A stretch of 64,000 bases of DNA. It comes from a virus. Its lineage: Duplodnaviria; Caudoviricetes. The first letter of the stretch is position 1, and each line of letters begins with the position of its first letter. The notes under the pieces were generated by a model, which ran no database searches, was not told where the DNA came from, and saw nothing but the letters and a program-made list of their open reading frames with translations. Of the stretch, positions 22,916 through 32,518 are shown piece by piece. The stretch lies in the IMG/VR virus record IMGVR_UViG_3300035661_000004. One strand, given 5' to 3'. Made by a program: the position numbers and the translations under genes.

Positions 22916-24493
22916 TCAGAATGTAAACACGCCCCAGCCGATATCGATGCTGTTCTCAACCCTTGCGCCGTTGAGGGCCATGATGACATGCGGCACGCTG
23001 GTTTCACCGTCGCCGTCATCGATGTACATCGTCAGCTTGACCGTGCCGCCCCAAAGGTAGGAGGCATGCGCGATCACGTCATTGGCTTGCTCTTCGTTGA
23101 GGGGGCGGTTGTTGACAACGAAGTGCTTCAACCTTAGCACGTCATCGTCGTTTCCGATGACCTGGATGTCAGGCTTGTAGCGCGAGATGTGGTACTGTGC
23201 GGCCAGCTTAGCGCGCAGTTCACGGAAGGACTCAGGACGAGCCACCTCGGTGATTAGGTACTCTTCGTCATAGAGTCCGTGGTCACGGATCGCAAACATC
23301 TCGAGCTTCTTCGCTACCGACGGCGCCAAGAACTGCAGGATGAAGGTCTCATCGGTATAGTTCATCATGGCTTCTTGCAAGACATCCTGCCACGGTTGCC
23401 CCTTCAAGTGGCCGTGGTACGGCTCGTCATCGGGGTCCTTGCAGCCATCCTCGCAGGCAGCCTTGAGGGACATGAAGATCTCAAAGCCGAGCTTGTACGG
23501 GTTGAAGGCGGCTTGCGCACGCTGCGCGATGACGCCCGAGTGCATTCGGAAGAACTCATGCATCGAACCTTCGTCGATTAGGCCCTTGTCATACAGCCTG
23601 TTGAGGATGTAGTAGTGAGTGAAGGTAGCGTAGCCCTCATTCAGCACCTTGGTCTTGCGTTGTGGGTCAAAGTACTGAGCGATCATCCGGTTGATGCGGA
23701 TGAGCTCCTTCTTCCACGCTGGGATCTTGCCGTGCTTCTCGATGAAGTAGAGGAGGTTCTCTTGCGGCTCTGCGAGCAAGCCTTCTTCGTCATCCTCGGC
23801 AGGCGGTGCTTGGTCAGCCTTTGCCTTGTCGACCAAGCCTTTGCCGACCTTCTGCCACACAGCGTCATAGTCATACAGCTGCTGAGCAAAGCGCTCGATG
23901 GCCTTCTTCTCCTCTTGCTCAGAGTTCAGAGCGCGGTTCCGCTTAGCGCTGTCTGTGCCGTACAGGCTCAGTGCATGGCACGCGTCAAGCACCGCTTCGA
24001 CTTCGTCAACGCCGTAGCGCTCTTCGCACATCAAGATGTAACGGCGAGCGAAGCTCAGGTAGCTGACGATGCCCGCCGCGTCCGTGTAGTTCTTGAACAT
24101 GAAGTTGTTCTTGAAGACAGCGGAGTGGCCGATCGATGCGTGCGCGATGACCAACAGTTGGACCAACGCGTTGTTCTCCTCCATCAGGTAGGCGATGCAG
24201 GGATTCGAGTTGATGACGATCTCGTACGCCAGGCCCATGAGGCCCTTCTTGTAGTCTGCCTCCGACTTGACCAGCTCCTTGCCGTATGACCAGTGCGAGT
24301 ACCAGACCGGCAAGCCGCTTGAGGTATAAGCTTCGAGCATCTGTGCGGCCGAGACCACTTCAATCTGAGGCTCGTAGTAGGTCTGGCGCATGTCCTCTTG
24401 CGCGATGACCTTGCACTCCTCCCAGCAGCGTCGGAGGAGCTCTTCATTCCAGTCGGCGCCCGACGTGAACAGGAGCTTGCTATCTTCAGACAT
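22916..24493 (-). CDS. ycgB: SpoVR/YcgB family protein
   Basis: GLPVWYSHWSYGK, GLAYEIVINSNPCIAYLM.EN, HASIGHS.VFKNN, TKVLNEGYATFTH. Confidence 0.92.
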   Translation of the reverse strand: MSEDSKLLFTSGADWNEELLRRCWEECKVIAQEDMRQTYYEPQIEVVSAAQMLEAYTSSGLPVWYSHWSYGKELVKSEADYKKGLMGLAYEIVINSNPCIAYLMEENNALVQLLVIAHASIGHSAVFKNNFMFKNYTDAAGIVSYLSFARRYILMCEERYGVDEVEAVLDACHALSLYGTDSAKRNRALNSEQEEKKAIERFAQQLYDYDAVWQKVGKGLVDKAKADQAPPAEDDEEGLLAEPQENLLYFIEKHGKIPAWKKELIRINRMIAQYFDPQRKTKVLNEGYATFTHYYILNRLYDKGLIDEGSMHEFFRMHSGVIAQRAQAAFNPYKLGFEIFMSLKAACEDGCKDPDDEPYHGHLKGQPWQDVLQEAMMNYTDETFILQFLAPSVAKKLEMFAIRDHGLYDEEYLITEVARPESFRELRAKLAAQYHISRYKPDIQVIGNDDDVLRLKHFVVNNRPLNEEQANDVIAHASYLWGGTVKLTMYIDDGDGETSVPHVIMALNGARVENSIDIGWGVFTF

Positions 24494-24896
24494 TGGGACC
24501 CTCCTTGGGGCAGGCGAGATTGAGCTGAGCTTCGCTGATAGAGCCAGGCTCCATCACGATCTTGGTGTTCATCGTGGACTCTTGCACCGCATTTGAGTCG
24601 GCGTCATAAGCCACGAGGAACTTGATGGTAGAGGTGCGGGCCTTGCAGTCATGCTCAGTCCGCGAGACGTAGCTGGTCTTGTCGTCAAGGTTCTCGAGCA
24701 ACGTGAACGTAATGGGAACCTTACCGCCTCGAGCTACCGTGACGTGAGCCAAGAGGTTGTCCTTGCGAAGCTCGACGATGCCATTGCGAACGGTAGCTTG
24801 CGGAGCTGCAACGATCGGATGACTTTCAACATTGATGCTGGCCTCGCAGCCAACAAGGAGCGCTAGGCACCAAAGCCATACTGCGCGACGACGCAT
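24486..24896 (-). CDS. Putative lipoprotein
   Basis: Basic N-terminus, hydrophobic core, lipobox LVGC. Confidence 0.6.
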   Translation of the reverse strand: MRRRAVWLWCLALLVGCEASINVESHPIVAAPQATVRNGIVELRKDNLLAHVTVARGGKVPITFTLLENLDDKTSYVSRTEHDCKARTSTIKFLVAYDADSNAVQESTMNTKIVMEPGSISEAQLNLACPKEGPNV

Positions 24897-25072
24897 TGAA
24901 GTACCTCTTGGGCGTTGATGATCTCGTAATCGGACTTCTTAATCTCGTTGAGGTATGAAGCGAGCGGCTGTTCAGCTCCGAGCATCTTGCCGTTCTCGTC
25001 CCTGGGAACACAAGTGACAAGGGAGCGACCGAAGATGTGCTTGACGGTCAATGCGGTGAGTTGGATTTTCAT
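24863..25072 (-). CDS. Hypothetical protein
   Basis: 69 aa, ATGA overlap with the yeaH-like stop. Confidence 0.55.
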   Translation of the reverse strand: MKIQLTALTVKHIFGRSLVTCVPRDENGKMLGAEQPLASYLNEIKKSDYEIINAQEVLQCVVAQYGFGA

Positions 25073-26379
25073 GTCTTGGTGGTGGAGAAGAATGCGTGGA
25101 AAACGCCGAAGATGTCCCGCTCATGGTAGACTTGCTTGGAAGCGTGGTTGGGGTGCGCATCGCTGAGCGCCGAGTAGGTTGACCAGAGGCTATTGCGCGA
25201 GTAGTAGGACGGCGAGCTGTTCTGTGCTCCTTCCTGCTCTACCTGCACGTAGGCGAAGTAGTTGACATACGGCAGGATGTCATCGATCAGCAGCTCGCTG
25301 CAAGTGCCGTTGTCGGTGCCTGTGTTGTCGCCGTCGGAGACCTGCGCAACGTAGATGTTGGTCTTGCCTCTCAGGGACTCGATGCACTTAATTAGCAGGT
25401 CGAGCGCCGACGACACGATCGTGCCGCCGTTCTTGTGGGTGTTGAAGAACTCATCCTCGGGCAGCTCTTCGGCTTCAGTCGTGTGTGAGATGAAGCGCAG
25501 GTCGATCTGATCGTAGTTGCGGTCGAGGAAGAGGTACAGCAGGATGAAGAACTTGCGGGCGATGGTCTTCTCGCGTTCACCCATTGAGCCCGAGTTGTCC
25601 ATCAGCATGAACATCGTAGCATGCGTCTTCGGCACCTTCTTCTCGATTCGAGTCCGAAAGCGGAGGTCAGATGAGTCAAAGAGCGGCAAGACGGTTTTAC
25701 GGCGCAACAGCTCAGCGATCTGGTCACGTAGCTCGAACACGCGCTTCGATGTCGGATGGTCAAGCGGTAGGTCGTTATCGACCATTTCAGCCGTGAGCCT
25801 GTTGAATTCCTCTTCGAGCTCCTTCAACTCAGCGCCGATCATAGCGCCCGAGCTCAAGCGGCGGGCCTTCGAGTTCTTGTAGGAGCGGATCACCGACAGC
25901 CGGTTGGGCGAGCCTGCAACTTGGAAGCCTGCGTTCTCATGCACGGTTTCCGTCTGCTTAGCCAGCAGGGTCTCGAGCATAAACGGCAGCTCGCAGTCCT
26001 CGAAGAGCATGTTGAGGAACTCGTCACGGGACAGCACTATGCTAAACTCGTCCATGCCGTCAGGACCGTCACCTGCCCCACCGCTTTCGCCGCTCTCAGG
26101 CTTAGGCACTGTGTCGTACTCGACCCAGTCCTTGTTGCCTGGCAGGACCGTGTCTTTCATGCCGCCTTCACCGTAAGTGAACTGGGGCTCAGAGAGGTCA
26201 CGCTTGGGAACGGTGACCTTGCCGCCGCCTCCCTTGATCGAGTCGAGCAGCTTGCGATCGCCTAGGATCTTCGGCAGCTGCTCTTTGATTGCACCCTTGT
26301 AGCGCCGCAGCAGCCTGCCGCGATTTTCAGAGGTTCGGTCGCGGTTTGCGGCCTTCCTGCGATCGATGATGATTGCCAT
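25069..26379 (-). CDS. yeaH: YeaH/YhbH (DUF444) vWA-domain protein
   Basis: IIDRR...ENRGR..RRYK..IK, PGNKDW, MFMLMDNSGSM, FISHTTEA, GGT.VSSAL, YVAQVSDGDN. Confidence 0.92.
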   Translation of the reverse strand: MAIIIDRRKAANRDRTSENRGRLLRRYKGAIKEQLPKILGDRKLLDSIKGGGGKVTVPKRDLSEPQFTYGEGGMKDTVLPGNKDWVEYDTVPKPESGESGGAGDGPDGMDEFSIVLSRDEFLNMLFEDCELPFMLETLLAKQTETVHENAGFQVAGSPNRLSVIRSYKNSKARRLSSGAMIGAELKELEEEFNRLTAEMVDNDLPLDHPTSKRVFELRDQIAELLRRKTVLPLFDSSDLRFRTRIEKKVPKTHATMFMLMDNSGSMGEREKTIARKFFILLYLFLDRNYDQIDLRFISHTTEAEELPEDEFFNTHKNGGTIVSSALDLLIKCIESLRGKTNIYVAQVSDGDNTGTDNGTCSELLIDDILPYVNYFAYVQVEQEGAQNSSPSYYSRNSLWSTYSALSDAHPNHASKQVYHERDIFGVFHAFFSTTKT

Positions 26380-26416
26380 GGTCTTCCTATTCCTCTGGTA
26401 TGATTGTATCTATTGC

Positions 26417-27085
26417 TTAGACAATCAGTCCCCTTAACCCACGGGGATCAAGCTCACCGTGGTAGTCAAAGTTGTCATTCAGCGCCTGCGTGAGGTGACC
26501 GTCTTGGAAGTAGCGCTGTACAAGAACCTGAATCGGTTGTGCGGCCTCGGCGTCAACCTTCAGCGCAGCGGCTTCAAAAATCTTGAGCAAGTGAAGGAAC
26601 GCTGGGATGAAGATGCCTGAGCAAGTCAGCGAGCTGTTGCCAGCAACGTTGAGCGTGAAGTCCTCGCGATCGGCGATCTCAGCAAGCAGCCAAGCGACAG
26701 CGGCGTTGACCGTGTCTTGCTTGACCATTGTTCGCCACCCGTCACCACCTAGCACGAGCTTGTAGATCGGCTTCTGCGAGGTCTCTGCTGCGGCGATTGT
26801 TAGCCTTGTGCCGCTCGACTCCATGTCGTGCGCGATGATAAGCGTTGCGTCGCTCTCCTGCACGTTCTTGCGAGTGCGGTAGCTATAGCCACCGTGGCAT
26901 TCGGTCAGGCCGAATGTCTTTGCCAGCGCAGGCTTGCCGCCGGCTGTGGTTTTAAAGCCAGTCGGGGCGAGGCCACCTGTGCGAAGGCCTACGCATTGTG
27001 CGGCTCGCAGGCCTGCGAGGTCAACCCCGGTTTGGCCGCCAGTTACGACGCGGAGATTGTGCTTCGTCGAGAGGGGGTTGTGCAT
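26417..27085 (-). CDS. SLOG-superfamily putative molybdenum carrier-like protein
   Basis: VVTGGQTGVDLAGLRAA...TGG.AP, Y..RT..NV..SDAT, SSGT.LT, LNVAGN; start could be 27085 or 27097. Confidence 0.75.
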   Translation of the reverse strand: MHNPLSTKHNLRVVTGGQTGVDLAGLRAAQCVGLRTGGLAPTGFKTTAGGKPALAKTFGLTECHGGYSYRTRKNVQESDATLIIAHDMESSGTRLTIAAAETSQKPIYKLVLGGDGWRTMVKQDTVNAAVAWLLAEIADREDFTLNVAGNSSLTCSGIFIPAFLHLLKIFEAAALKVDAEAAQPIQVLVQRYFQDGHLTQALNDNFDYHGELDPRGLRGLIV

Positions 27086-27461
27086 GCGCGAGTCCATTGT
27101 TCCAATTTTCGATTGCTGCTGTACGCGTGGGTCCTCGAGCTTCAACGTCACAGCCACCTTCTGGAAAGGAACAGCAGACAAGCCAAGTGCCGTCACGGCC
27201 AGCAGGGTAGGTAGTGTCAGAGAGGTCCTCGCTGGGCACACGCCCACAGTGCGAGCAGGGTGCGATCAGCTCAGCCTCAAGCTCGTCGAGCTCAGCGAGC
27301 AACGATTCTAGCTGGCTATTCATGCCCTCGAGCTGCAGTTCATGCAACCGAGGGTCTACGTCTTCTGGGCAGCTAGCTTGACAGTCGGCGATGGCTAGCT
27401 TGAAGCTCCTAGCCGCGTCAACGGTTAGGTAATGCCGGTCGTACTTTACATCTGAGTGCAT
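27021..27461 (-). CDS. Hypothetical protein with Lar-like zinc-binding C-terminal region
   Basis: From MHSDVKY; PCSHCG...C...C...AIENWN pattern; 3' end uncertain. Confidence 0.45.
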   Translation of the reverse strand: MHSDVKYDRHYLTVDAARSFKLAIADCQASCPEDVDPRLHELQLEGMNSQLESLLAELDELEAELIAPCSHCGRVPSEDLSDTTYPAGRDGTWLVCCSFPEGGCDVEARGPTRTAAIENWNNGLAHAQPPLDEAQSPRRNWRPNRG

Positions 27462-27637
27462 TGAGCGATGCGAACTTGGGAGCCGGTGCCTTCGATGTTC
27501 AGCCTCAGCTGCTTGAGAGCGGCTTCGCATCGGTCCTTGGACCCATGCTGTTGCTGAATCGTGGCCGTGGTCAGCTGACTGTTGGACGGACCTTGAACGG
27601 TAGACATGAAGGTGACGACAAAGATGAGGATGTACAT
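27446..27637 (-). CDS. Small exported protein
   Basis: 63 aa, hydrophobic N-terminus, two Cys, AGGAG RBS. Confidence 0.6.
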   Translation of the reverse strand: MYILIFVVTFMSTVQGPSNSQLTTATIQQQHGSKDRCEAALKQLRLNIEGTGSQVRIAQCTQM

Positions 27638-27674
27638 GGCGATCTCCTAAGACATTGCCAATTGTATCACATCC

Positions 27675-27794
27675 TCAATCTCCAGAGCCGTCGTAGCTTT
27701 TGTAACGGCCAAGCATGATGTTGACACATGCGGCGAGGGCGCCGACTATGATGACGCCTAAGGCGGCGACGGTGAGGAGGGTTGTGTTGCTCAT
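27675..27794 (-). CDS. Small single-TM peptide
   Basis: 39 aa MSNTTLLTVAALGVIIVGALAACVNIMLGRYKSYDGSGD, ATGA overlap upstream. Confidence 0.5.
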   Translation of the reverse strand: MSNTTLLTVAALGVIIVGALAACVNIMLGRYKSYDGSGD

Positions 27795-28111
27795 TTCCAG
27801 AGTCCTTCTTTGATGTAGTGATCCCTCAAGTCCTCATAGGTCTTGTAGGGGCTTGCATAGAGGTACTCCTCCAGCTTGTCGCGGAGCGGAATCGTTTCGA
27901 TCCGCAGCTCAGTGGTAGCCTTGCCGTTCTTCCACTGGCGTGGATAGTTCGTGTCATCCATCAGCACGTAGCTGCCGTAGGGGACTACGTTCGCCTTAGT
28001 GCAAGCGATGTAGGCCCTACGAGCAAGGTCGCTCGTAGGGAAGACAAGGGCAGGCCACTCCCGAGAGCCTGTGCCCCAGCTGCCTGGGACGTCGTCATAC
28101 TGGAGTGGCAT
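27791..28111 (-). CDS. Hypothetical protein
   Basis: 106 aa directly after the prkA-like gene. Confidence 0.65.
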   Translation of the reverse strand: MPLQYDDVPGSWGTGSREWPALVFPTSDLARRAYIACTKANVVPYGSYVLMDDTNYPRQWKNGKATTELRIETIPLRDKLEEYLYASPYKTYEDLRDHYIKEGLWK

Positions 28112-28115
28112 AGCT

Positions 28116-30047
28116 TTAGCTCGACTTGCGCACGCGCATGAACCACTCGCACAGGATGCGAGTTTGACGCTCGGTGTAGCCGCGGGTCCGCATGCGAGAC
28201 AGGAAGTCGCGATGCTTCTTCGTGTCCTCTTCGGTGCGCTTCGGCGCGAACGAGATGACGGGCAGCAGCTCGTCGATGTTGCCGATCACGCGCTTCTCGA
28301 TTGCGCTGCGGATCTTCTCGTAGGAGTTCCAAGCCGGCAGCTTCCCACCATGTTGCGCTTGGTAGCGGATGATGAAGTTGACGATGTCGTTCCGGAAGTC
28401 CTTGGGGTTGGAGATGCTTGCGGGCTTCTCCGTCTTGCTCAGCTCGCGGTCGAGGTCTTCGCGCTCGAGGACCGAGTTGGTCGACGGGTCACGGTAGTCG
28501 TCCTTGCCTTGCACCCAAGCGTCAGCGTAGTAGTAGTACTGCTCGAGCATGTTCTGGCACAGCTCGCTGTAGCTGTCCAGGAAGGCCGTGGTGATGTCCT
28601 TCTCCAGGAACTCGAGGTACTTCTCCTGCAGCACGCCGTCGATCAGCTCGATCAGGCCTTGCTCCTTCTCCTTCGGGAACTGCTCCTGCGGGATCTGGGT
28701 CTTCAGCACGTACATCAGGTGGATTGGGTTGGCTGCCTTCTCCTCGTTGTCGAACGCCAGGGTCTTCGACAGCATCTTGAAGGCGAAGCGGGTGCTCAGG
28801 CCCTCCATGCCTTCCTTGACGCCCGCATCATCGCGGTACTCTTGGATGGGCTTTGCCTTCGGGTCCTCGGCCTTGATGTTGATGCCGTCATAGACGCGCA
28901 GCTTCGAGAAGAGCGTGCTGTTCTGCGGCACAATCAGGCGGGACATGACGCAGAACTCAGCCAACATCTTCAGGGTGCCTGGAGCGATGCTGGCGGTGCG
29001 GCCGACTTCGGAGTTGCGGATGAGCTTCTCGTAGATCTGCTGCTCTTCGGTGACGCGCAGGCAGTACGGGACCTTGACGATGCAGACGCGGTCCAGGAAG
29101 GCCTCGTTGTTCTTATTGTTGCGGAAGGTGGACCACTCGCTCTCGTTGCTGTGGGCCAGGATGATACCGTCGAACGGGATGGAGCCGATGGCTTCGGTGC
29201 CGGCGTACATGCGCTCCTGGGTCGCGGTCAGCAATGGGTGCAGCATCTTGATCGGCGCCTTGAACATCTCGACCATCTCGACGATGCCGTTGTTGCCGCG
29301 GTTCAAGCCGCCTGAGAAGCTGTAGGCGTATGGGTGGTCCTGCTCGAACTTCTCAATCATGCGAATGTTCAGCTTGCCGACCATCGCGCTGACGTCCTGA
29401 TTGTTCTCGTCGCCCGGCTCGACGCGCATCGAAGCTTGCTGACGCAGCTGCGACGGGTAGAGCTTGCGGACCTTCAGCCTGCCGATGCTGCCGACCTCTT
29501 CGAGCTTTTTGATCAGCCACGGAGACGGAATGGTGCGGATGGCCGTGCGCGAGATGTTAAAGTCAGCTTCGAGCTTGTCTTGCAGCTCAGGGGTGTTGAA
29601 GATGGACAGTGGGCTCTCGAAGACAGGCGAGCCGTCAATGACGTAGACAGGCTCCTGCTCCATCAGCTCGCGGAGGCGAGTCGCAATCGAGCTCTTGCCG
29701 CCGCCGACCGGGCCCAGCAGGTACAAGATCTGCTTGGACTCTTCGAGGCCGTCAGCCGCCGACCGGAAGTAGGCCACGATCTGTTCGACCGCGTCCTCCA
29801 TGCCGTAGAAGTTGGCGAAGGCGGGATAGACCTTGATGGTCTTGTTGGAGAAGATCTGGCTCAGCCGCGGGTCGTTGCGGGTGTCAATCAGGGAGGGCTC
29901 TCCGATAGCCTTCAGCATCCGTTGCGCCGGCGAAGCATAGACCGATGGGTCCTTCTTTGCCAGTTGGAGGAACTCGGTGAAGGTAAGGGTCTCCTCTTTC
30001 CGGGACTTGCTGAAGGATGTGTCGAAGTCTTCTAGAAGGGTCGTCAT
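28116..30047 (-). CDS. yeaG: PrkA/YeaG family AAA+ ATPase / serine kinase
   Basis: YASPAQRML.AIGEP, FYGME, KQILYLLGPVGGGKSS, GGLNRGNNG.VEMVEMFKAPIK.LHPLLTATQE, AFLDR. Confidence 0.95.
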   Translation of the reverse strand: MTTLLEDFDTSFSKSRKEETLTFTEFLQLAKKDPSVYASPAQRMLKAIGEPSLIDTRNDPRLSQIFSNKTIKVYPAFANFYGMEDAVEQIVAYFRSAADGLEESKQILYLLGPVGGGKSSIATRLRELMEQEPVYVIDGSPVFESPLSIFNTPELQDKLEADFNISRTAIRTIPSPWLIKKLEEVGSIGRLKVRKLYPSQLRQQASMRVEPGDENNQDVSAMVGKLNIRMIEKFEQDHPYAYSFSGGLNRGNNGIVEMVEMFKAPIKMLHPLLTATQERMYAGTEAIGSIPFDGIILAHSNESEWSTFRNNKNNEAFLDRVCIVKVPYCLRVTEEQQIYEKLIRNSEVGRTASIAPGTLKMLAEFCVMSRLIVPQNSTLFSKLRVYDGINIKAEDPKAKPIQEYRDDAGVKEGMEGLSTRFAFKMLSKTLAFDNEEKAANPIHLMYVLKTQIPQEQFPKEKEQGLIELIDGVLQEKYLEFLEKDITTAFLDSYSELCQNMLEQYYYYADAWVQGKDDYRDPSTNSVLEREDLDRELSKTEKPASISNPKDFRNDIVNFIIRYQAQHGGKLPAWNSYEKIRSAIEKRVIGNIDELLPVISFAPKRTEEDTKKHRDFLSRMRTRGYTERQTRILCEWFMRVRKSS

Positions 30048-30209
30048 GTGATGTGGTCTTCCTATGAGATTACGGCCTATTACAAGCGGGTGTTGCCGCT
30101 ATTGCAAGGGGTTTGGCATACCTTGCTGGAAATACGATTTTGATCTTAACACAAAAAGCTCTTAGAGAGCATTTAGCTCTTAAATATCAACACGAGAAGG
30201 GAGTCCCTC

Positions 30210-30497
30210 ATGGAATGGGTCACAGAACTAATTCATCAAATCTTCACTGATGGTGCAGGAGCCATCAAGGCGATCCTGCTTCTCGTCTCAGCTGGTCTCG
30301 GCTACATGTACTTCACAGGCCAAAAGTCGGCTAAGGAGGAACGTAAGGAGCTGATCGAATTGTTTCAGAAGCAGATCGAGTCCGACCACCGCGAGCTGAT
30401 TGACATCATTGAGCGCTACCAAGAAAGTAACCTAAAAACGGTAGAGGCTATAAATGAGATCAAGGTGCTTGTCGCCACGATCGGCGCAAAGCTCTAA
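30210..30497 (+). CDS. Single-TM late protein, holin-like architecture
   Basis: 95 aa, one TM then charged coiled-coil; TAAATA at 30181-30186; hairpin terminator follows. Confidence 0.6.
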   Translation: MEWVTELIHQIFTDGAGAIKAILLLVSAGLGYMYFTGQKSAKEERKELIELFQKQIESDHRELIDIIERYQESNLKTVEAINEIKVLVATIGAKL

Positions 30498-30563
30498 AAA
30501 GGTTTTGCTTAGCATAAGGGCCTCAGCTGAGGCCCTTTCCTACTGATACACACTGGAGATGAC

Positions 30564-31244
30564 ATGATCTTTAAGAAAGACCGCAGCGCAAAGCTGCAAG
30601 ACCTAGCGGTTAGCGCAACGATGGCTCAACAACGTCAACGTTTGCAAGTGCTGAAGCAAGCTCTGCTTGCCGATAACGCTGCGTTGAATAAGTCTACTGA
30701 AGAGACCATTGCCGTTATCGCTGAAGTTTCTGAGAAGCTTAAGTCTGGCCTCAAAAAGCTCGATCAAAGCATCGGGCTATTCACCACAATGAAGGACGAA
30801 GGCGTAGCCTTTGTCGACTTTAAGGGTGATATCATCCATGTCAATCACGCGGGCGCCGAGCTACTAAACAGGCCCATTACCGAAATCATCGGGAAGCGCA
30901 TTGACCACATCCTGACAGGCTCCCGCCGCAAGCGGATCTCAATCGCTGAATGCTCTAAGCTGATCATCAGCAAGGTCAAGGAAAGCGATGTCTGCACCTA
31001 CAATGAGCTATGCGACACCGCTCGCACGGCGTACCTGCTAAAGACGCAGGAGGTAGCGATGCACCTTGACGAGCCTGTCTGCATCGTGCTCAAGTCAGGC
31101 GACTCAATCCACCCGCTGCGCGTCATCATCTCCTTGCTAGACACACAGCCTAAGGAGCTTGAGGACGTGACCTTCCTCTGCAAGATCGCGCAGATCGCTG
31201 GCTCACCTGCCCCAACTTACGAGCACGCACGCGTAGAAATCTGA
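30564..31244 (+). CDS. Coiled-coil plus PAS-domain protein
   Basis: MKDEGVAFVDFKGDIIHVNHAGAELLNRPITEIIGKRIDHIL is a PAS-fold signature. Confidence 0.65.
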   Translation: MIFKKDRSAKLQDLAVSATMAQQRQRLQVLKQALLADNAALNKSTEETIAVIAEVSEKLKSGLKKLDQSIGLFTTMKDEGVAFVDFKGDIIHVNHAGAELLNRPITEIIGKRIDHILTGSRRKRISIAECSKLIISKVKESDVCTYNELCDTARTAYLLKTQEVAMHLDEPVCIVLKSGDSIHPLRVIISLLDTQPKELEDVTFLCKIAQIAGSPAPTYEHARVEI

Positions 31245-31603
31245 TGTTTCAGCTGTTACAACAGCTCAGCGAAAGCTTCGAGAAGCAGAAGTTCAAGTCG
31301 CTAATGCTGCGTGTCCAGCAAGAATGCGAGGACGCTGACATCGATGTCAAGCTGACCAAGTTCGGCGACGAGGATGGCCCGAGCTCAAACTTCACTGCGT
31401 CAAAGGCAGATACTAGCCTCAAGATGTGCATGCATGCACCAAACGAGTGGTTAGGCGGGCGGGCAGAGAACCTAGTCGTGCTGGCCATTGACTGGGACGG
31501 CGATAATAACTACGACGTTGACGGCGACTGCGTCTTTGAGCCTGCTGTTGCAGCTGACATCGTGAAGATGATCAAGCTCAACCTAGACTCGCTGGAGGAA
31601 TGA
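31244..31603 (+). CDS. Hypothetical protein, paralog 1 of a tandem family
   Basis: Shares M..QQ...D..IDVKLTK with 31603 and 31815. Confidence 0.7.
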   Translation: MFQLLQQLSESFEKQKFKSLMLRVQQECEDADIDVKLTKFGDEDGPSSNFTASKADTSLKMCMHAPNEWLGGRAENLVVLAIDWDGDNNYDVDGDCVFEPAVAADIVKMIKLNLDSLEE

Positions 31604-31789
31604 TGTTTTGCCCTGCTACAACAGCTCGTCGAGTCTCAGGCGTTCAACGCACGCAAGTTTATGCTGAAGTTTCAACAGCTCGCGGAGGATGCCGAGCTCG
31701 ATGTCAAGCTAACCAAGATGCTCACCGATCATGCTGACGGCGGGCATCATGTAAATGCCTTCTTCGTGTTAAAAGGGAGAGTTCGGTGA
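31603..31789 (+). pseudogene. Frameshifted, truncated paralog 2
   Basis: Removing one T from TTTT (31606-31609) gives MFALLQQLVESQAFNARKFMLKFQQLAEDAELDVKLTK...; stops at 31789. Confidence 0.7.
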
Positions 31790-31814
31790 GGAAAAATACC
31801 TATACGGGAGCGCC

Positions 31815-32186
31815 ATGAAGCTTAGCCAACTGCTCGAAGAGGCCTTCAACATCAGACGGCTCATGCTCAAGTTTCAACAGCTAGCAAGCGACGTTGACAT
31901 CGATGTCAAGCTGACAAAGCATGACGAGCAAGATGACAAGACTCAATTGCGCTACTTTGAAGCCAACGGGGAGCCGTTTGTTGCTTGCTTCTATTGGGTA
32001 TCAGAGGACCCAACAGATGGGGCTCCCAACGATATCTGGGTGGCGCCGTATACAAACGGTGACCCACATGACATCAATAACTTTAGCCACTCAAATGCAG
32101 GCCATTTCAGCAATGCTGAAGGCTTAGTGAAAACTGTTAAGCTAATGCTAACGGTTGACCGTAGTCAACGGCACGAGAGCGATTAG
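31815..32186 (+). CDS. Hypothetical protein, paralog 3
   Basis: MKLSQLLEEAFNIRRLMLKFQQLASDVDIDVKLTK; GGGAG RBS. Confidence 0.72.
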   Translation: MKLSQLLEEAFNIRRLMLKFQQLASDVDIDVKLTKHDEQDDKTQLRYFEANGEPFVACFYWVSEDPTDGAPNDIWVAPYTNGDPHDINNFSHSNAGHFSNAEGLVKTVKLMLTVDRSQRHESD

Positions 32187-32518
32187 CAAGCCGCTCGGTC
32201 GAGACGCTCTAGCGTGTAGGCGAGCACGCGATCGCCGGCAATCAGGTTGTAGAGGCTCTCAGCATTCGTGAAGTCGAGGTACTCGTGACGAGAGCGCCTA
32301 ACGGCATGACCGCCTGCTTCCCGCAGGCCGAAGCCGATAGCCCAGACATGCCTGTTGACTGTTAAGTCAGCTGTCGCTGTATAGCCTTCGGTCTCGTCAT
32401 AGCGCCGCAGGTCATGGAGTGTAGCCTCCAAGCCACGCTCGATGAGCAGCTGTTGGACTTTGAGCAGGACCTCTCGCCAATCTCTGTTAGGTTTGACAGG
32501 AGGTCCTGATAGGCTCAC
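32183..32518 (-). CDS. Hypothetical protein
   Basis: 111 aa; GTGA overlap with upstream gene. Confidence 0.55.
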   Translation of the reverse strand: MSLSGPPVKPNRDWREVLLKVQQLLIERGLEATLHDLRRYDETEGYTATADLTVNRHVWAIGFGLREAGGHAVRRSRHEYLDFTNAESLYNLIAGDRVLAYTLERLDRAAC

